In this document: positions 17,746 through 26,600 of the stretch, piece after piece | Numbering within the stretch: position 1 is the first letter of the stretch | How the letters are laid out: the number at the start of each line of letters is the position of its first letter | From: a virus | DNA: 64,000 nt | Virus record (IMG/VR): IMGVR_UViG_3300025141_016375 | Span: 9,895 to 73,894 of that record | Direction: 5' to 3' (one strand) | Position numbers and translations under genes: made by a program | The notes under the pieces: model-generated | Databases searched by the model: none | Told to the model about the DNA's origin: nothing | Seen by the model: only the letters and a program-made list of their open reading frames with translations

Positions 17746-19004
17746 TGGCCGACTGGAAGGAAACTTATAACGACGCAGTGAATCAAACGTTATATGATTA
17801 TAATGAAACTCGTCGCTTGATCGATCCAGATACGACTGAAGGCCTCAAGCAAGTAAGAGAGGCGATGATTGAAGCGTATACGCCCAATAAGTTATTAGCA
17901 CAAAAGTCTTTTAAGGCGATTTGTTTGCGTCAATTGGATACCGTGATTGTTGAGAAAGAGGGGGATTCTCAACAGGGCGGCCATATTTTACGGGTTAAAG
18001 CGCGCATCCCCGAAATTCATTCTTTTTTGCCTATTCCGACAGGTCCCGATGATTATACAACTTTGGCTTTTTATCCTACTTTTATTAGCCCCGCGGGACC
18101 CATGGGAGAACAAGTAATCACCCCGGGTTCCCCCATACAAGTAAGTTTTGGCAATATGACCAATTTTGCTGACCCCATTTTTGAAGGCGTCTATGATATA
18201 GGAAGTACTACTGATTCAGATTCGGGCGCACCCAACGCACCGAGTTCGAAAGAGTCTTACGATGTGAATGGTCGACCCGCGCCGGCGGGTGGACCAGCTG
18301 CATGCGAGTCGCCATGCTACGTCGGCGTCCACGAGCCTTACACAGGCGAACGTATCGCATGGAAGCGAGTGGAAACTACCAAGTATAAAAAGGGCTATGG
18401 AGGACTTACGCTGCGCAAAGATAGCGCCGAACGTTTACAAAAGGTGATAGCGATTGTGGAAAGTTATGGCGGAATAATCACTAGTTCTGGTGGCCGCCGC
18501 GGCCTAGGTGCCGCAGTGAGCCCAACGCGCTCTAAAACCTCCTTACATTATACGGGGCGCGCCATGGATTTATATTTAGGATCGGGAATGAAAGATCCCA
18601 AAATTGATCCTTATGTTATCGTTCTGGATGAATCGTCGCCAAGTGGCCGTCTCTTCCGCGTATATGTTGCGGTAGATGATGGTCCGCAGATAACGTTAGA
18701 TGCGTGGACGTATAAGACCCCCCTCACGAACAAAAAAGTAACAGTAACACGAAAATTGCGCGACCTTACGGCTATTTTCAAAAAGCACGGCTTCAGTCGT
18801 ATTCCTGCCATGAGGTCATTTATGGAGAAAGGCAATCGCCTTGGGGCTGAATGGTGGCATTTCCAAGATATTACAAATTTGAAGCGTGGAACTTCAACAC
18901 TTGGGGATGAGTTACAAAAGGTATGGGCGACTTCGACATTGATCAAGTCTCCGGTCTGGGCTTATAGGAATTATGTCTGGAAGAGCTATGGTTTTGGTAA
19001 GTAA
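17745..19004 (+). CDS. Putative baseplate hub protein with C-terminal M15 (LAS-type) zinc peptidoglycan peptidase
   Basis: SLHYTGRAMD (SxH-x6-D) and EWWH (ExxH) in the C-half. The N-half RVKARIPE..PG..IQVSF resembles a gp5-type OB fold (weak). Confidence 0.7.
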   Translation: MADWKETYNDAVNQTLYDYNETRRLIDPDTTEGLKQVREAMIEAYTPNKLLAQKSFKAICLRQLDTVIVEKEGDSQQGGHILRVKARIPEIHSFLPIPTGPDDYTTLAFYPTFISPAGPMGEQVITPGSPIQVSFGNMTNFADPIFEGVYDIGSTTDSDSGAPNAPSSKESYDVNGRPAPAGGPAACESPCYVGVHEPYTGERIAWKRVETTKYKKGYGGLTLRKDSAERLQKVIAIVESYGGIITSSGGRRGLGAAVSPTRSKTSLHYTGRAMDLYLGSGMKDPKIDPYVIVLDESSPSGRLFRVYVAVDDGPQITLDAWTYKTPLTNKKVTVTRKLRDLTAIFKKHGFSRIPAMRSFMEKGNRLGAEWWHFQDITNLKRGTSTLGDELQKVWATSTLIKSPVWAYRNYVWKSYGFGK

Positions 19005-19016
19005 AGGGTGTAAAGA

Positions 19017-20585
19017 ATGATCATTTCTTTTAAAGCTACGGCGAAATATACTCCTTATGCCTCGGCCGAAACCGGTACAGGAGAAGGCTTCACGGGTCCG
19101 CCGCGGCCAGCAGGACATAAGAAAGTGGTTGTAATTTTTGACATAATTAAAGATTACAAAGAAACCGAGACAAAAATATTTTTATTGCCCGACAAACAAG
19201 GCCAGTTTAAGACAACTTTATTAAAATTATTTGATACATATTCTAATATAATGCCCAAAGACCTCACCAAAGAGCGCTTTAAAAGCGACTTTGTGGAGTG
19301 GACTTTGAAGCAAAATTTTGCTACCGTCGATGTTAACGTACTTAATTCTCACTATGAATTATTATTTGAAGCTGACATCATCGACCCTCTTTCTGCCCAA
19401 CTCAAAAAAATGTATGAGTTATACGGAACCCTTCAAGGAAAAGCCGCTCAAAATATTGCTGCTTATGAGAAATCCAAAAGCGAAGGCGGCGCGGGAAGCG
19501 AACCAATGGAGTCAGCTTTGCGCGAGGCGCCCGATACCCCGGACACTTCCCCGCCGGATAAATTGACCGTGACTCCGGGCCCATCGCCAGCCAAGAGCGA
19601 TACTCAAAAACCCAAACGTGATGTTTCAAATTTATCTAGTGCGGCCAAGCAGCGCGTCGCAAGTCAGCCAGATGGCGGAGCGAGCCTCGCCGGTATTCTG
19701 GGGGATAAATTGCTAGAACCTTTTGCAGGGTTACGTCAATTTGATGGGGATGTTGTTATTAAAGGCTCAAACAACGCCTGGTGTTTGCTGACAAGGGATT
19801 TAGGAAGATATGGAGTCGACGGCTCTACTGGAGCTGGGGCTGTATGGCTCGGTGCCGGTCTAAGTCCTCATGATACTAAAACGGAAGTGGCTGATGGAAA
19901 TAGCGGACCCGGAAGCAATAAACCAGTAGAAAAAAGGCCTACTTTAACTGATGATGCTGCCTTTTTATATCTTTCTCAAAAAAGCGATCCCGATAGCTTA
20001 CTCGGCAAAGTCGCGGGGGGTACATATAAAAAAGTCTCCGGCCCTCGCACCGGCGAATCATTTGGCGCTCTGAAAGCTGACGGCGTGGCCATTATTGCAA
20101 GAAAGTCCGGGATAAGATTAATCACAGGAACCGATAGAAAAGCAACAGATGGAGGAAAGATGACTTCCACTTTTGGTATCGATTTGATAGCGGGAAACAG
20201 CGATAAAGATTTGCAACCTATGGTCAAGGGTGATAACTTAGTCACCTATCTTGCCCAACTATCCGATTCTGTTACAAAAGTGGGAGCGGTGCTATATAAT
20301 TTTATGACTGCTCAAAATACCTTCAATGCAAAGTTGATGGTCCATCAACATTATTGTCCCACAGGGGTGGGCTTAGCCTCCTTGGCCGGAAACCCAACGC
20401 TCCCAATATCAAAATCAATCCCCGACGAAAAATTAGTTGTTTCCGGAATGCAAAAGGTGCTACAAACTTTGCTAAATCAAATAAACGCCGTTAACCAAGC
20501 ATTGGGACAAATTAATAATGATTTCAATGCATTGCAGCGAATAGGCGCTTATAGCATTCGTAGCTCTAAAAATCGAGTTAATTAA
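19017..20585 (+). CDS. Putative baseplate central spike (gp5/gpV C-terminal-like)
   Basis: GDVVIKG.NN, AAFLYLSQKSD, KADGVAIIAR, LQPMVKGDNL and an HQH metal-site-like motif; position upstream of gp25. Confidence 0.55.
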   Translation: MIISFKATAKYTPYASAETGTGEGFTGPPRPAGHKKVVVIFDIIKDYKETETKIFLLPDKQGQFKTTLLKLFDTYSNIMPKDLTKERFKSDFVEWTLKQNFATVDVNVLNSHYELLFEADIIDPLSAQLKKMYELYGTLQGKAAQNIAAYEKSKSEGGAGSEPMESALREAPDTPDTSPPDKLTVTPGPSPAKSDTQKPKRDVSNLSSAAKQRVASQPDGGASLAGILGDKLLEPFAGLRQFDGDVVIKGSNNAWCLLTRDLGRYGVDGSTGAGAVWLGAGLSPHDTKTEVADGNSGPGSNKPVEKRPTLTDDAAFLYLSQKSDPDSLLGKVAGGTYKKVSGPRTGESFGALKADGVAIIARKSGIRLITGTDRKATDGGKMTSTFGIDLIAGNSDKDLQPMVKGDNLVTYLAQLSDSVTKVGAVLYNFMTAQNTFNAKLMVHQHYCPTGVGLASLAGNPTLPISKSIPDEKLVVSGMQKVLQTLLNQINAVNQALGQINNDFNALQRIGAYSIRSSKNRVN

Positions 20586-20600
20586 AAAGGATGGTTTCAA

Positions 20601-23600
20601 TTGCCTAAAGTAGAAGTTTTTAAAAACGCCCCCGATGTAAAAATGCATAATCCAGTGTCTAATGAAATTTTTAGATACGACCATGTGTTCTTTAAACGCC
20701 AACAGTCGTCCTTTGATGTCATTCACATTTATGGACTTTATGGAGTGAAGTCGGGAGGCCCCTCTTACTCTGATAACCCCGCCACTTCGGTATGGTGCAC
20801 GGCCCCCCCTGCCACCACTGGTCCAGCCGGCTATGATCGAAAGCCTCTATCTCAATGCTATGGGGGTACTCGCGCCAAAAATGAAATAGCCGAACATATC
20901 ATTAAATATGGAGTAAAAAACAAGTTTTTTAAAGCGGGCACTGTTGCTGCGCCTCTTCCCGAGGTTATCGATATCGCCAATGACCCCGCCAATCCTACTT
21001 CATTGACCCAGTTTTCCCAATGGCTTCAGCAGACAGAGAAGGAGCGCGGCACCCAAGCTCTTCCAATTTTTGTAGTTAAAGTTCTTCCTATCCCGGCTAA
21101 TAATTGGCCTCTCGCCTTCAAGGGGATGCGCCTCATACCCAAAGACTATAAATATGCATACTGTTTCCATGCCATGATTCCCATCGCCGCATTTCAAAAA
21201 CAAATGTCAGGAGACTGCACCATTCCCAAAACCGTCACTTCTGATTCTGCGGAGATCCAGAAAAAAGAGGTGGAGAAGGCAATGGACGCCGATAAAAAGG
21301 CAAAGAGCCCTAAGCCACCGGCTCAAGGAACCAAAGCAGAGCCAGGGACTGTAGCCACCACTGAGGGCCAACCTGATATAACAGAAGATAGCTCTACAAC
21401 ACGAGGAAGCGGCGAAACGTTACGATACGTCAGTACTTATAAAATTGATAACATTCCTCTATATGTAGATATTGTTGCTAAGGTACTGCAAAGAGTAGAC
21501 ACCAAAATGAAAGAATATGGGATTACTTTTCCCACTCGCCCTTTGAATCTGGGAGTTCAGATTAAAAACCTTGAATATTTTAAAGACAACATTAAATCAC
21601 AATTGGCTAAAGTTGCTTCTCCTGTCGATCCTAAAAAAAGAGTAATTTTGGCTTTTGATAAAAAGTTTAAGTTAACGGCGGTGCAATACGAAGATAAAAA
21701 ACATCCCGAGGTTCGAGTTTTAGCGGCACACGCACCCTATTTTTCGCAAACAGCAAATGCTTTAATCTATCATCTGATTCATATTTATAAAAAATATCAA
21801 ACCACTTATGGCTCCGCCGAATGGAATGCTCCGGAGGTAGAGATCAGAGCTTTTTTAAAAAAGTACATTTTTCCGACTCCCCTTATTTTAAACACAGCGG
21901 CCGGGGAATATATTGCCGAAAAATACCTTTTAGGAGATAAGCGCCTTTTAAACGAAAAGTTTTGGGATAAATATAAACAATTCCCCATGTCGGCTAACGT
22001 TAAAATGCAAATGAAAAACTTCGCCGGGGATTCCTATAAAATGATAGGGGACGCCTTGGGCTTCAAATATGCCAGCGGAGGTTTCCAACAGATTGATGAT
22101 TTTGATGATTTTTACGAACAATGTTTAGAATGGATCGATCTTTCTAAAATTATTCAAGTGGCTGCTGTATGTATGATGAAAGCGATTGGGGCTGATGAAT
22201 GGATCGATAAAATTTGTAAAGAGGTCGTCGACGAGTTTGAAAAACACCGGGATGCCATTATTGGTTGGTGTGAAAGCCAAGATGACCCCGCCACCAAAGC
22301 CTTTGCTAAAGAGCTAAAGGACCTGATGTTTGCAGGCGAAAATTGGATGCTTAAGCAAACAGAATCTATGCTGGTGCAAGGGGCCAAAAAACTCGCTGAA
22401 ATGGCCGTCACCGCTGCGGACCGAGAAACGTGGGCGTCTACTACAAGCTTGCGTAATTATTTGCAAAATCTTTCCCGGGAGGCCAACGCCCTGCAAGAAG
22501 AGTTGTCGGAGGCACCCCTTCACAAAGAACCTTCGGGCCTAGTCGATAAGATTGCCAATTTAAAGGATCAGTTGGAAGACATGAAAGAGGCTGTGGCCAA
22601 ACAGAAGCAGCGCCAAACGGATTTGGGCACTGCGCTCCCGGCCAATGAAACAAATTTATACGGACAGCTTTTAGATGAAAAGAATCGCATTAGCACAAAA
22701 ATAGGAAAACTACAAGGAGCCCAACGTTTACGGCAAGAACAGTTTACGATATACAATCTTCTGCTAGACGAGATTTTACCAGAACTAACTGTATTAAATC
22801 CCTATTTAAGCGAAACAACGAAGGGCTCCTCAACCGATAAAACTGAGATATATGACTGGTTTGAATCCGCACGTAATGCGACCCCCTCTAAGTTGAAAGA
22901 GACAGCAGCTGCTTCGTTAAACGAGGCGACACTCAGAACGCGCCTGGACGCCATTGCCATTGACGTTGCCGGGGGAACAGTGGTCGGTGGTGTCTCTTCT
23001 AAACTTTATTTTAATGTGGCATCTACCTACGTTGATATCTATCAGGATTATCATCTTTTTGCAGCGTCGACGGATGGAAAAGACAAAAATAACGCCCAAA
23101 TGATAGAAGACACTTTTGATTCTCTACTGGTCAAAGTAGGTTTATTACTTAAAATAATTCATGAAAAGGGAGCACAAACAGGCTCTTTTGGAAGTTTGTT
23201 AAAAGAAGGCGCATTCAAAGGGGGAAAAGCAGCCCTCTTAGAAATGTTCGACAAAGACCAGCGTAAAAGAGCAATGCTCTGCGCCGCCATTTTTGCTACT
23301 GTAGGTGCCGCCATTTATGGAATATATTACTTGATTGATAATTGGGATGAAGTTTCTGTGGCTATGACGGGGGATATGAAAAAATTAGCCGGAGCTATTG
23401 AAAAACGCTTCGCGCTGTTTATGCGCACTGATTATCCAGTTATGGACATCTTAGAGAGTCTTAAAGAGGCCGCCAAACAAATAGGCTTAAACTTATTGAA
23501 AGACTTAGTAGTAAATACCATAATGTGGCTCGTAGACGTTATGCAAGCTGCGTGTGCCGAAGAAGAATTGGTGGCGGCTCCTTATTCCCCATTTGGGCAA

Positions 23601-26600
23601 GTTAGCCTGGGTGACTTCATGGTTGCCAGCAAGACTAACAATAATTTGACCAGCGGCGAAGGTGTGATGGAGCGTACCAAAAGCTTTACGGCCCTCTCCA
23701 CACAAACTAATATAAGCTTAGAGACTTTTAACATCATTTTAAGTACCTTGTCTGCTGGCCTCAGTATCCGAGAAGTGTGCTCTCTCCTAGAGGAAACAGC
23801 CCCCGGAGGCACGTATAATCGTGCAATTCAAATATTACAGACCATTCCTCAATTACAAAATACTTCTTTTTATGATTATTACGTTAATATGGATGGCATT
23901 AAAACATTCTTTGAACTTATTTCTAAAGATATTAAACCTCAATATTGTATTTTGGCCAAACAGGCTTTTGAGCGAGAAAAAGAACTACTTTTAAATATAT
24001 GTGTCGATCCAGCCGACGACGTTTTGGCTGCTAATTTGGCCGATTACCTCAGTTCAGAAGATGTATTAGAAGCATTAGCCAATCGAAAAAAATCTAATTT
24101 GGATCGGGCAGGCGACGCGGCAAAGTTTTTAGGGCAAATTCTCGATGGACCGGAGGAAATTGATCCGATGTGCGGTGGCGGAGCAAATAGTATGAGCCCG
24201 CGGCACGAATCTCAACAATACGCGGCCAACCAGGCCGGTGACGCTATCTTTGCCGCCATTGAAAAAGTTTTTGAAGACGAGATCAGAAGGATAAAGTACA
24301 TTTATAGAGATGACGCCGCGTTAATGAACGCATGGGCGGCTCAACAGACGGCCGAAGGCGGGGACACCCCCTCCAATATGAAGCTTTTCTCGGATGCAAT
24401 TTTGGGCGCCCCCGCTCAATCGAAAGCAGCAGGCGACGCTGCCATGGCCGAGTTTGAGAGCATTGCCGGTATCGCCACCGCAGCGGATGTAGATTTTGTC
24501 GCCAATAAGATTAGAACCCAAATAAGAGGCCTCAACACTAGGAATGCTTTTGTGGTAAAATATGCCCAAGTCGATGCGGCCGACGACTTTGACACCACCA
24601 TCAAAACCAAGACAGAAATTGCGGAACTTATTAAGGGCTGGGCGTGGGCGGCCATCCATCCGCAGGATATGGCACAGAACCCCGAGATGTTCTTCGTGAT
24701 GTTGGAGTATGGGGATGTAGACGCATGGAGAGGAGTTTGGTACGAGGACAAGGGAAACCCCTTCGCTTCTGACCAAGAGTTTTGGAAAAGTTTTGGATAC
24801 CCAGATGGGCAACCCGAGCTGCCTGACGAGTCTGACGACAGTGAAGCCTACCTAGACTTGCAAAAGATACTGCAAGTAGTTGGAACCGCCACTATCATAC
24901 CAGCGTTTTCATTCGATTTAGGAACCGATGTGTCTTTGGATTGGGGCGCATATCACCCGCAACTCTTCGCCGGCCTAGATAGAATGATTAGATTTAGATA
25001 TAAACCCACGGCGCCGGGGAAGCCTAACGTCAGCTTGCAGGTATATATCCCGTCCACCGGCGAAATATTGGCTTCCTATAAAACGAGAAAAGTGGGACTC
25101 CCGTTTAATTTCTATATGCTTTATCAGGAACAAAACGGCTGGAATGACAAGGCTGCTTGGCTAAATAACGTTTTTCTTTATCAGTTTGCATGGCCCAACA
25201 ATACATATAATATTTTAATTAATAGTATTTTTGAAGATTTGCTACGTTATTCGGGCGATAATGGGCTGTATACACGCGAGAACTTCTCTGCATTACATTT
25301 AAATAAGTACAGCCCCTGGTCTACTTTAACAAACGGGGAGCCCAACCCAGAAAAATGTTTCCTTGGGTTCTTTAATAAAAACGTTTTAAATAACCAAACT
25401 CAGAAAATGATTGATGCACTGGCATGTTTCAATCCAGATTCTGTTAGTAAAAATTCTACTACAGTTTCTTTTATAAAAATGTTGGTGGATTGTTTGATCC
25501 GGGTGATCGTTGTAAAAGAGACGATGAAGACGTTGTTTACTTTTGGAATATTTAACAAGTCACAATTATACGTGAAAGACATAGAGGGGGAAGACGAAGA
25601 AGTTCCTTTTTTCCAGGTATATTTTAAAAAAGAAATTGAACGAGCCCTTCTAAAACAATTTGGAGTAATTGCTAGCCAGCTTTTTAATCCTCGCCAAGGC
25701 CTAGGATATAGCGGAAAGGTAGGCAAAGCCGTCAAAGTAGACAAAGAGGAAGAGGGTGCAGGCGATCCCGATGCCATCTTTGCAGATCCGTGTAGCATGG
25801 AGCCTGCCCTGGAAACGGCCAACTTTCAAGCCGCCGCCACCGAACTTCAAAAATTCAATGATGAGATTATAGCCGAGTGGGTAACGGGAGTAACGCGCGT
25901 TTTATTTCAAAACGAACAACTAACAGACGCCGAAGCCATTTCTATCAACATCAACCAGCAGATCGCTTATGTTCAAGAAGTGCTATATCGCGGCATTCCT
26001 GATAACGTCAAAGGAGAACAGTTAAGTGGCACCTTAGCAGCCTATCAACAGGCCGCGGCTAAAGCCTCTAAAAATACGTTTCTAGAGAATTTTGACCCCC
26101 ACACAGGAGGAAGCGAAACATGGGTAGCGGAAGCTAGCAATTTAATTAAATTGGAAAAATTAAATGCAAAGGCCAAGCTCTTAACAATTGAAAATGATGC
26201 ATTAGAAAGCTTTTTCAACCCTGCTCCTGTATTAGCGAGCAAGGGAGAAACTGAAACGATGCGCGCCGAGCGCTTATGGTTTCCCTACGACCGTCTCATG
26301 CTAAGCCCAGCTACGATCTATATGGAATGGCAACTTGTGGAGCAGAGGGAGGCAAAGGCGTCGCTGTGGCGGTATATCAACACCTCGGCGCAGTCGTACT
26401 GGACCGCAAAATACTCTGGAGTGGACGAGCTGGTCGAGTGGATCGAACAAGACCAGAGCGTCGTCGGTGCACACACCAATCCAGATAGGAACACCTGGAC
26501 TAAACTAGCTACATGGGCATATGGAGGTGCCAATGAGCTTGGGAGGGGCGGTGATTTCACCACCGGCCGATCCCCGACCGCAGTTTTATGGGCAGGCTTC

